In this document: positions 1-7,199 of the stretch, piece after piece
How positions within the stretch are numbered: the stretch's first letter is position 1
How the letters are laid out: every line of letters begins with the position of its first letter
Source of the DNA: Acaryochloris marina MBIC11017
GTDB taxonomy: Bacteria; Cyanobacteriota; Cyanobacteriia; Thermosynechococcales; Thermosynechococcaceae
Length of the DNA: 32,000 bases
Assembly: GCF_000018105.1 (NCBI RefSeq)
Contig: NC_009925.1
Span: forward strand, 2,580,001-2,612,000
Direction of reading: 5' to 3'
Position numbers and translations under genes: made by a program
The notes under the pieces: generated by a model
The model's database searches: none
Seen by the model: only the letters and a program-made list of their open reading frames with translations
What the model was told of the DNA's origin: nothing

Positions 1-977
1 TGACTTTGCTCTTGGATCACCTCCACACTCATCCCGTCCGACAGATTGGCCTGAAACTCTTGGATCTGCTGACGAGCGAGCTGCGACCACTGATCGACTC
101 GCTCTTGAGATTCGACCGTGGCGGAGAGGGTAATGCCTGGCTTACCGTTGATCAGGGTGAGGCTATCAAGGGGAGCGCGGATGCCTTTGGTGACCTGGGC
201 AATATCCTGCAGTTGGGTCACCTGTCCTGCATCCCCCAATTGGATCGGAATCGTCTTAATTCGAGCCAGGGTTTCCAGTTGGGTATCCACTTCTAGCAAA
301 AACTCATCTGCCTCGCCCCGTAAAGTCCCTGCTGAAACCTTGGCATCACTGGCCTGCAATTGCCGTGCCACTTCAGCCGGGGTTAATCCCAAATTCACCA
401 GCTCAGCCTGGTTAATCTCCACCAGAATTTCTTCCTGGGGGTCACCAAATACCTCCACTTTGTCCGTCCCTGGAATGCCGCGCAGTCGGTCTTCCAGCCC
501 TGCCGCCACCCGCGTCAAAATCGTGTAGTTGGGGTCACCTTCCAAATCCCAGGTCAAGGCCACAATTAAGGCCGAAGCTTTGAGGTCACTCTGGTCAAAC
601 TCTGGCTTTAGAGTATCGGGGGGAAGGGCTGGGATCGTATCTTCCACCTTGCTCCGTACCTGAGCCCAGATCGGATCCACATCTGGAACCGCATCACTCA
701 GTTCCACCACCACCACGGACACTCCCAAACTGGAGGTGGAGTCAATTTCCTCAATCTCTTCGATTTCCTGTAGCTCCGTCTCAATCCGTTCTGAGACCAG
801 CGACTCCACCCGCTCGGCACTCGCCCCCGGCCAGAAGGTGGTCACCGTGGCAAATCGAGGCGTAATTTCCGGGTCTTCCAACCGAGGCAAGGTCAGAAAA
901 GAGGACAAGCCCCACACCACAATCAGGGCAATCGACAGAATCAGTAACTGACGGTTGCGGTAGAACAGGTTCAACAT
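1..977 (-). CDS. RND (AcrB/HAE1-type) efflux permease, N-terminal part; the gene continues past the left edge of the window
   Basis: The minus-strand frame is open from ATG at 977 to position 1. It is absent from the ORF track because there is no stop in the window. My translation, MLNLFYRNRQLLILSIALIVVWGLSSFLTLPRLEDPEITPRFATVTTFWPGASAERVESLVSERIETELQEIEEIEEIDSTSSLGVSVVVVEL..., is the canonical RND N-terminus (TM1 followed by the periplasmic porter domain). It lies 29 nt downstream of the adaptor gene. Confidence 0.85.
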   Translation of the reverse strand, partial: MLNLFYRNRQLLILSIALIVVWGLSSFLTLPRLEDPEITPRFATVTTFWPGASAERVESLVSERIETELQEIEEIEEIDSTSSLGVSVVVVELSDAVPDVDPIWAQVRSKVEDTIPALPPDTLKPEFDQSDLKASALIVALTWDLEGDPNYTILTRVAAGLEDRLRGIPGTDKVEVFGDPQEEILVEINQAELVNLGLTPAEVARQLQASDAKVSAGTLRGEADEFLLEVDTQLETLARIKTIPIQLGDAGQVTQLQDIAQVTKGIRAPLDSLTLINGKPGITLSATVESQERVDQWSQLARQQIQEFQANLSDGMSVEVIQEQS

Positions 978-1006
978 GGTAGCCCCGGTATCGTTTCGGT
1001 ATCGCG

Positions 1007-2320
1007 CTAGTTTTTGGTGTTGGCAACTTTGACCAGTTGGCCAGGAGCCAGACGGTGAGTGCCTTTGGCAATCACTTGCTCTTGGGAATTCAGCATGCCG
1101 CGAACATAGATGCGATCGCCCGCCGTATGCAGCACTTCCAGATCGCGTCGAGCCACACTAAACACCTGATCTTGATCTGTAGACTTCAACACAGAGGCCG
1201 ACCATAGGCCCCGCTCTCCTGCAATCACCGCCGTTGAGGGCAGCCAAAATCCCGGTTGAGTTTGCCGTTGAGCCAACACCAGCTTGGCCGTTTGCCCCAT
1301 CGAGACTGCAGCATCCTTGGGTAAGGTCAACACCGCCATCACCGTTCGGCTTTGGTTATCCACTTCCGGTAGCAGGGTTTTTACCTGCCCCTGATAACGC
1401 TGATCGCCGACTTGCACCGGATAGGTCTGACCGGGCTGCATTCGACTCGCCATCGCCTGGGGAATGCCAATTCGGGCCTCGATCTTCGAGGTTTCCACCA
1501 GCCGCAAAATTGGTTGGCCTCCGTTTAAGACCACCCCTTCATCCATAAGGCGCTGCGCCACCTGTCCCGTAAAGGGCGCTCGCAACACACTTTTAGATCG
1601 CTGAATATCTAAGGCTTTTAGACGGGCATCAATTTCGGCCAGCTGGGCGGACTGGGACTCCACCTGCTCTACCCGCGTTCCCGCCAAGAGTTCTTCTAAC
1701 CGCTTCCGAGCTTGGCCCTGACGTTTTTCCAAGGCTTGAGCGGCAAAATATCGTTCTTCAAAGGACTCACGGGAAATAGCGCCTTGCTTATATAGGTCTT
1801 GACGACGCTTACTCTGCTTTTCCGCCAGCAACCGCTGCTGACCTAAATCCTCCACTGCTGCCCGAGCCGCCCCAATCTCTTCCGTTCTTGGTCCAGTTTT
1901 CAATTCTCGGAACTGGGCTTGGGCCTGGGCTTTTTGGGCTAAAAGCTGCTGACGCTGGGCGGCTAGGCTGCGCGTATCTAAACGAGCTAGGGGCATCCCT
2001 TGCTGTACCCAATCCCCTTCATCCACCGCAATTTCGATCAAGGTTCCGGTCAGCTCAAACCCCAGTTCACTGGTGCGATTGGCTTGCACTTCCCCGGCAT
2101 AGGTGCGCTGAATATCATAGGAGGTTGAAGGCTGCAGGGAAAGAGTGGTGACGGGCAAGATGGCTTGTTTGGGAGCGGGGCCAGTCTGAGGCGTCCCCCA
2201 CGTTTTGATGCCAAAAGTGACTGCACCGACTGCTAAAACGGCTAAACCCAGCATCCGTGGGGATTTCCAAACGGGCAGCTTAAAAGTCGGTTTAGGCAGC
2301 GGAGGAGTAGATTGAGCCAT
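1007..2320 (-). CDS. Efflux RND periplasmic adaptor (membrane fusion protein, HlyD family)
   Basis: 437-aa ORF with an N-terminal TM helix (LGLAVLAVGAVTFGI), a long coiled-coil hairpin rich in Q/A/R/E, and barrel-sandwich/beta-barrel motifs (GEVQANRTSELGFELTGTLIEIAVDEGDWVQQG; LRAPFTGQV). It sits immediately upstream of an RND permease. Confidence 0.85.
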   Translation of the reverse strand: MAQSTPPLPKPTFKLPVWKSPRMLGLAVLAVGAVTFGIKTWGTPQTGPAPKQAILPVTTLSLQPSTSYDIQRTYAGEVQANRTSELGFELTGTLIEIAVDEGDWVQQGMPLARLDTRSLAAQRQQLLAQKAQAQAQFRELKTGPRTEEIGAARAAVEDLGQQRLLAEKQSKRRQDLYKQGAISRESFEERYFAAQALEKRQGQARKRLEELLAGTRVEQVESQSAQLAEIDARLKALDIQRSKSVLRAPFTGQVAQRLMDEGVVLNGGQPILRLVETSKIEARIGIPQAMASRMQPGQTYPVQVGDQRYQGQVKTLLPEVDNQSRTVMAVLTLPKDAAVSMGQTAKLVLAQRQTQPGFWLPSTAVIAGERGLWSASVLKSTDQDQVFSVARRDLEVLHTAGDRIYVRGMLNSQEQVIAKGTHRLAPGQLVKVANTKN

Positions 2321-2325
2321 CGTTT

Positions 2326-2394
2326 ATATCCAACTTGTTGATATAAAACTTGTTGAGTATTACATCGATAGCTTATACTCAACTTGTTGGATAT
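2326..2394. promoter_or_regulatory. Divergent promoter/operator region with three CAAC-TT-GTTG motifs
   Basis: caacttgttg occurs at 2331-2340 and 2380-2389, and aaacttgttg at 2346-2355. A nested inverted repeat, GTTGAGTAT (2352-2360) / ATACTCAAC (2375-2383), is also present. All of this lies in the 72-nt gap between the adaptor start (2320) and the probable PadR ATG (2393). Confidence 0.45.
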
Positions 2395-2965
2395 GTCAAC
2401 GCCACCCCATCATCAATTCATGACCCTTGCCCACACGATTTTGACAGTTCTATCTGAGGCTCCCCACAGCGGCTACGACCTTAGTAAGCGCTTTGAGGAA
2501 TCAGTGAGCTGTTTTTGGAAAGCCAGTCAGCAGCAGATTTATCGAGAGTTATCCAAGATTGAAACCCAAGGCTGGGTAACCCATGAGCTGGTTCCCCAAC
2601 AGGGCAAGCCTGATAAAAAGGTCTACCAAATTACCGAGATGGGCAAACAAGAGCTGCTGAACTGGTATGCAGAGCCGTCCACACCGACTCCCATCCGCGA
2701 AGATTTATTAGTAAAGGTCTTGGCAGGCCCCTATGTTCCCCGTCCACTGCTGATCCAGCAGGTCAAAGCTCGTCAAGCATTACATCAGCAACAATTGGAA
2801 CGCTATCTAGAAAAGGAAGCCTGTTTTCAACAGTTAGAAACTGTAGAGCCAGCGTTGAAGTTCCGGTATTTCACCCTTAGACGAGGGATTCGATACGAGC
2901 GAGAATGGATTGATTGGTGCCAAGAAGTGATTGATACTCTAAAAGCAGATACCAGTTTGTACTAA
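2384..2965 (+). CDS. PadR-family transcriptional regulator
   Basis: The winged-helix segment ILTVLSEAPHSGYDLSKRFEESVSCFWKASQQQIYRELSKIETQGWV...GKPDKKVYQITEMGKQEL is typical of PadR. The track start is TTG at 2384; ATG at 2393 (MSTPPHH...) is the more likely start. The gene is divergent from the efflux operon. Confidence 0.8.
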   Translation: MLDMSTPPHHQFMTLAHTILTVLSEAPHSGYDLSKRFEESVSCFWKASQQQIYRELSKIETQGWVTHELVPQQGKPDKKVYQITEMGKQELLNWYAEPSTPTPIREDLLVKVLAGPYVPRPLLIQQVKARQALHQQQLERYLEKEACFQQLETVEPALKFRYFTLRRGIRYEREWIDWCQEVIDTLKADTSLY

Positions 2966-3762
2966 TCCTCAGACTGTTGATGCAGACGGTGTTGCCAGAG
3001 AGTATCAACGATAATGATGAACGCCGTGGGCACACAGCCAAAGATCAACACGAGCACTCCCCATATAATGAAGATAACCAGCGGCCCTTCAAAACCCTCT
3101 ATACCTGCCACTTCAAAGAAGAAACGCTGACCGTCTAAATATTGAATACTGTTGCCATTCTGCTCTATAGCGAACAGTGCTTGATAGTACGGGTAGTGAT
3201 CGTTGGCAACCTGGTCTCCCCTGGCACTGACAAAGGCTCGCTTATGTCCTGCTTTTGTTTTGCCAATCAGAACAACTCCCTGTAGAAAATCTTGGGTATA
3301 TCCTTCATCAGGCGTAGCAATAATCGGAGACTGCAGCATTGCCGAATAGATAGCTAAGGCCTCCTGCACATTATGCTCAAAGGATGAGGGTAGCTTCCCC
3401 TGAGCTTGCAAATGATTCAGAAGAGGCTTGGCATTAGGGGAGTAAGGAGCACCTTGCGAACTATTCAGTATTTCAACCAAGGTCGATTGTTTATCAATGG
3501 TTAATCCACAGGGTTTATCCGTATCGCAGAAATCTGTTCTAATCGGAATTAAGTGCTCTACTTCTATAATGTTTTTAGCGGACCCCAGCAACCCAGGACG
3601 CACAATTAGATAACCCCAAAATTCATAATGCACCCATAAAGTGCCTATCAAAGCAAAAACAGCCATACCAACCAAGTAAGACCAGGCAAATCGGACGAGC
3701 TTTCTTGAAGAGCTGAAGAGATGTATTGGCATCTGTATATCCCGTGAGGAATGGGTCACCAT
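2962..3762 (-). CDS. Uncharacterised two-TM membrane protein, tandem paralog A
   Basis: 266-aa ORF sharing a collinear architecture and motifs with the ORFs at 3979-4764, 4954-5691 and 7200-7985. Shared elements are an N-terminal TM, CDxxxxC, GKLPSSF, QSPIIA, RAFxS, DHYPYYQA, QYLDGQRFF and a C-terminal TM. By alignment to paralog B, the internal ATG at 3732 (MPIHLFSS...) is the likelier start. Confidence 0.7.
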   Translation of the reverse strand: MVTHSSRDIQMPIHLFSSSRKLVRFAWSYLVGMAVFALIGTLWVHYEFWGYLIVRPGLLGSAKNIIEVEHLIPIRTDFCDTDKPCGLTIDKQSTLVEILNSSQGAPYSPNAKPLLNHLQAQGKLPSSFEHNVQEALAIYSAMLQSPIIATPDEGYTQDFLQGVVLIGKTKAGHKRAFVSARGDQVANDHYPYYQALFAIEQNGNSIQYLDGQRFFFEVAGIEGFEGPLVIFIIWGVLVLIFGCVPTAFIIIVDTLWQHRLHQQSED

Positions 3763-3924
3763 TTCTTGAGACCTGAAATTATTTATATGAGAATTGAGGG
3801 AAGCATTACGGTGATCTGGGATCTCTATATTGCAAATCTCAACCTTTTTGTGCGGTGATTTTGAGCACTCCGGTCCCTAGTTTTAACGGGGTATCTTCTC
3901 TAGATATAGCCCCATGTTTCTTCC

Positions 3925-3950
3925 ATAAAAAGGCATCTGGCATTGTGCCT
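3925..3950 (-). terminator. Weak candidate intrinsic terminator after paralog B
   Basis: The minus strand reads AGGCA-caatgccaga-TGCCT followed by TTTTTAT. The stem is only 5 bp with a 10-nt loop. Confidence 0.3.
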
Positions 3951-3978
3951 GTACCTCTCTAGTCAGAGATCAGCTAGC

Positions 3979-4764
3979 TTACTCAAGCGGCGTAAGAGAT
4001 GGAGGACGGTTCCAGAAAGCATCAATAATGATGACGATCGCTGTTGGAAAACCGCCAAAAATAATCACCATAGCGAAAAATAGAAACATGGCAAACGGTA
4101 AACCATCAGCCCCCTCGATACCTGCGACCTCATAAAAGAAACGCTGACCTTCCAGATATTGAGCAGTCCTACCATTCTGCTCTATGGTAAAAATCGCTTC
4201 ATAAAAGGGGTAATGATCATTCTCAACTTGGCCTCCTCGGAGACTCAGAAATGCATGTTGTTGACCAGACGCAGTTCTACCAATCAAAATTGTTCCCCGT
4301 AGGTATCGATTGGTGTAACCCTCAGTAGGATGGGCAATAATTGGAGATTGCATCATCGCACCATACAAATCCAGCCCTTTTGGCAACGTCTGATCAAACG
4401 ATGAAGGTAGCTTTCCCGCAGTCTGTAAATGGCGTAGCAGGCGCTCATCAAGGCTATCGTAGTACGGATCATAATAAGGGTCCTGCTCAGATTTGTTGAG
4501 GATTTCTGAGATCGTCTGAGAGTTGTCCAAGTCAAACTTGCACTCTTCAGGCACATCGCATGTGGATGTATCGACTGAGACCAAGTGTTCCACTTTTGTA
4601 ATCGTTTTGGCAGCTTCGAGTAAACCTGGACGCTCCAACAGAAAGCCCCAATATTCATAGGTCATCCACAGAGAACCCACAAAGCTTACAGGCAAAACAC
4701 CTAAAAAATAGCACAGCGCAATACGAACGGGCTTACTAATAGAGCTGAATAGTGGTTCTTTCAT
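3979..4764 (-). CDS. Uncharacterised two-TM membrane protein, tandem paralog B
   Basis: 261-aa ORF from the same family (CDVPEEC, GKLPSSFD, MQSPIIAHP, HAFLS, DHYPFYEA, QYLEGQRFFYEVAGIEG). Hydrophobic helices are present at both ends. Confidence 0.75.
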   Translation of the reverse strand: MKEPLFSSISKPVRIALCYFLGVLPVSFVGSLWMTYEYWGFLLERPGLLEAAKTITKVEHLVSVDTSTCDVPEECKFDLDNSQTISEILNKSEQDPYYDPYYDSLDERLLRHLQTAGKLPSSFDQTLPKGLDLYGAMMQSPIIAHPTEGYTNRYLRGTILIGRTASGQQHAFLSLRGGQVENDHYPFYEAIFTIEQNGRTAQYLEGQRFFYEVAGIEGADGLPFAMFLFFAMVIIFGGFPTAIVIIIDAFWNRPPSLTPLE

Positions 4765-4893
4765 CTGTCTTTCTCGTTAATAGCACACGCATAACAATGA
4801 GCCTGTCATCCCTTCGCATCGACTTAATCTCTTCTGAATCCTCTTTGAAGAAGGAAAGCATCATTGCCTAATTCAAGGGTGTTTTCGAGTTGG
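4748..4893 (-). repeat. B-type leader: start codon region plus about 130 nt upstream of paralog B; copy 1 of a duplicated non-coding segment
   Basis: Collinear with 5853-5997. The first ~65 nt are close to 80% identical by eye (atagtNgttctttcatctgtNttNctc...aatagcaNacgca...tgtcatc). Later blocks also match (catcaNNNcNNaNNtcaaNgNtgNtttcNagttg). Confidence 0.6.
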
Positions 4894-4953
4894 TTCTTGC
4901 GTCGAACACCACATCTTTATCAAGGCAACAGCAGATCTTAATTCAAGCGCCGA

Positions 4954-5691
4954 TCAAGAAGTCGTTGATCGACGCCAGTACTGAATACCCTTGCTGATAG
5001 CCAAGATTATTACAGAGACAATTCCAAAGACCACTATCAGCAGAATGAAATAGACAATAGGCAACACAGTTTCGTCGAAATCCAAAGAGAAAAATCGCTG
5101 GCCGTCTAAATATTGAACTGTTTGGCTACTCGGCTCTATCTTGAACATTGCTTCATAGTAGGGATAGTAGTCTTCAGCAATCTGGCTCCCTGAGACACTA
5201 AGGAAGGCACGTTTTTCTCCAGAGGCTGTTTCACCCATTAAAATCACCCCTGACAAGTACTCGTTGCTGAACCCAGGTGACGGCGTGGCAATAATAGGAG
5301 ACTGCATTAGAGACGTATGCAAATCTGCAATTCCTTGCAAATTGTGGTCAAAGGAAGAGGGCAGCTTCCCCATAGTTTGTAGATAAAGTAGAAGACGTTC
5401 TTCTTCCCTATGGAGCTGTGGATCGTAGTGAGCCGCGATAGTTTGAGATGTATCAACGATAAACTTACATTGTTCGGGCCTATCGCAATCTGATGTCTTA
5501 ACTGGTATCAATCGATCCAACTTGACAATGGTCTTGGCTGTATCGAGTACAGCAGGACGCTCAAACAAATACCCTAAAGTTTCATAGCTCAGCCACAGTG
5601 AGCCTAAACAGGCCAGAAGAAACGTTCCCAGGAAGTAAAATGGGGCAACCTTAACCCTATTTTTCTTGGGTTTGAAGAACTGTTTAGTCAT
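4954..5691 (-). CDS. Uncharacterised two-TM membrane protein, tandem paralog C
   Basis: 245-aa ORF from the same family (CDRPEQC, GKLPSSFD, MQSPIIATP, RAFLS, DYYPYYEA, QYLDGQRFF). Confidence 0.75.
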   Translation of the reverse strand: MTKQFFKPKKNRVKVAPFYFLGTFLLACLGSLWLSYETLGYLFERPAVLDTAKTIVKLDRLIPVKTSDCDRPEQCKFIVDTSQTIAAHYDPQLHREEERLLLYLQTMGKLPSSFDHNLQGIADLHTSLMQSPIIATPSPGFSNEYLSGVILMGETASGEKRAFLSVSGSQIAEDYYPYYEAMFKIEPSSQTVQYLDGQRFFSLDFDETVLPIVYFILLIVVFGIVSVIILAISKGIQYWRRSTTS

Positions 5692-5750
5692 GAATTTTAC
5701 ACTGCACTAGTCTGAGTAAACGCGCCAAGGCCATCTGTAACAAGGCTATG

Positions 5751-5855
5751 CAGTAGTCATACATCCCTTGCATGTGCCTAAGCGGTGACACGGATAAAAC
5801 GTAAATGTGATCTGGTGATGCTCAAACGATGGATGTAGAGCGGACGTTTAGGTGA
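5751..5855 (-). repeat. D-type leader, copy upstream of paralog C
   Basis: Aligns with 8003-8100. It shares an identical cagtagtcatacat and about 27/32 matches over gtgaYacggataaaMcgNNaatgtgatNtggt, and ends in a shared taggtga. It lies 60 nt upstream of the paralog C ATG. Confidence 0.6.
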
Positions 5856-5997
5856 TAGTAGTTCTTTCATCTGTTTTGCTCATCAATAGCAAACGCAATT
5901 AAGAGTGAACTTGTCATCACTCAGTCCCCACCCAGAATTTTCCACATATCTCATTGGGGGCAGAGTCATCACCCAACTCAAAGCTGATTTCAAGTTG
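5853..5997 (-). pseudogene. Remnant of a fifth paralog: B-type leader plus only the first ~5 codons (ATG at 5870)
   Basis: The minus strand reads ATGAAAGAACTACTAT..., against ATGAAAGAACCACTAT at the start of paralog B. Homology is lost after ~5 codons, where the sequence joins the D-type leader. The upstream ~130 nt are collinear with 4765-4893. Confidence 0.55.
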
Positions 5998-6074
5998 ATG
6001 CATCAGGCGACTTATCCAACTCTTGTGGTCAAGGGACCCGGCAAAGGACTATTTACTCCCTTCCCGCCATAAGA

Positions 6075-6632
6075 TTATGGAACAAGTGAAAATATAAAAT
6101 TCAGGCTGTTTTGAACTTGTTCAGCCGATAGAAACTGGTTAGCAGCAAAGAACTCATGGAGCTGTTGTTTGATCTGTGTCAGGGTCGTTCCAAGAGGGAG
6201 ATGGTGCAGACATCGTAAGCGTAGTAAGTGAATCACATATTCAACCAAGTTCAACTTGGGAGAGTAGGACGGCAAATATAAAAACTCAACTTGAATCGAT
6301 TGGGTGAGCCCCATCTGCTCTAGATGGATAGCGAGTTGGGAGCGCATCTTGCCCTTATGGGTCGGATTGTTATCGAGAATAAGGCACAGTTGAGTGTAGC
6401 CCAGCTCAACGCTATCCAGACATAGGTCTGCAAAGTACTCAGAGATATCTTCTGTTTTAGCCTGTGGGCTCAGAGCGAAATACTCTTCGCCACTGTGGGC
6501 ATCGACGCACAGTAACCCATTGAGCTTGTTGCGAGCCCGCTCATTACTCTTGACCTGTGGACGAGTGTTGCGTTCTGCCCAGCCATAGAACAACCTAGGA
6601 CGCTCAGACACCGCAAATTCGTCAAAGAACAA
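6075..6632 (-). CDS. IS630-family transposase, C-terminal DDE part (ORF B)
   Basis: Motifs LCLILDNNPTHKG and YLPSYSPKLNLVEY are typical of the DD(35)E catalytic domain of the IS630/Tc1-mariner group. The reading frame stays open upstream to the A7 run at 6663-6669. Confidence 0.8.
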   Translation of the reverse strand: MFFDEFAVSERPRLFYGWAERNTRPQVKSNERARNKLNGLLCVDAHSGEEYFALSPQAKTEDISEYFADLCLDSVELGYTQLCLILDNNPTHKGKMRSQLAIHLEQMGLTQSIQVEFLYLPSYSPKLNLVEYVIHLLRLRCLHHLPLGTTLTQIKQQLHEFFAANQFLSAEQVQNSLNFIFSLVP

Positions 6633-6639
6633 GATGCGC

Positions 6640-7173
6640 TCATCCGATTGTCGTGATTGCAGTTTTTTTAACAGCCGCCACCCACTCTTTCTGGGCGTTC
6701 AGGTCAGCATTCGCATAGTCACGATGGGCGCGTTGGTAAGATAACCCCAACTCTGATAGCAATTCGTAGATACGCGAATCTTTCAGCTGCACCTCGAAAC
6801 GCTGCTCAATCACAACGGCTAAAATTGCACCTGTCCACATATTGCGGTCAATACCATAGTCTGTCGGACGTTGCGTCAGAACCATCTCTTTGAGTTGTTG
6901 TTGTTCCTCTGGGCTCAACCGACTAGGTTTTTGATGTCGAATGGGTTGGACCAAGCCCTGGAGTCCACCATCGAGATATTTGTCCATCCAACGCGTTAAC
7001 GTATCATAGCTACACCCCACTTGTTCGCTCACTTGGGTACGACTGTGTCCTTCATTCAGCAATTTGATCGCGGTCAAGCGCTGTCGAATGTAGTGTTGTT
7101 GATTGCGGTAGTAGAATTTCTGCCACTCATCCGCATCAAAAGGCTTGTCCAGAAAGGCTTGTGTTCGATTCAA
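6640..7173 (-). CDS. IS630-family transposase, N-terminal DNA-binding part (ORF A)
   Basis: Helix-turn-helix segments are present (RLTAIKLLNEGHSRTQVSEQVGCSYDTLTRWMDKY; WTGAILAVVIEQRFEVQLKDSRIYELLSELGLSYQR). The ORF ends 8 nt before the first Met of ORF B, in a different frame. Confidence 0.8.
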   Translation of the reverse strand: MNRTQAFLDKPFDADEWQKFYYRNQQHYIRQRLTAIKLLNEGHSRTQVSEQVGCSYDTLTRWMDKYLDGGLQGLVQPIRHQKPSRLSPEEQQQLKEMVLTQRPTDYGIDRNMWTGAILAVVIEQRFEVQLKDSRIYELLSELGLSYQRAHRDYANADLNAQKEWVAAVKKTAITTIG

Positions 7174-7199
7174 TGTGACTATTTGCTCTTTTCCCCATT

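Noticed and set aside
6-951. Plus-strand track ORFs 6-296, 118-528 and 736-951
   Set aside because: They lie antisense to a continuous minus-strand frame (977 to 1) that translates into an unmistakable RND permease N-terminus. The plus-strand products are low-complexity and have no motifs.
1234-2151. ORFs 1234-1548 (+), 1809-2012 (-) and 1888-2151 (+) inside the adaptor gene
   Set aside because: They are alternative frames of a well-supported 437-aa HlyD-family ORF. Their Pro/Arg/Gly-rich composition is typical of off-frame reading of GC-rich coding DNA.
4353-4658. 101-aa minus-strand ORF overlapping paralog B, and likewise 7325-7546 (-), 7365-7589 (+) and 7021-7317 (+)
   Set aside because: They are off-frame or antisense overlaps of ORFs supported by four-way paralog conservation or by transposase motifs.
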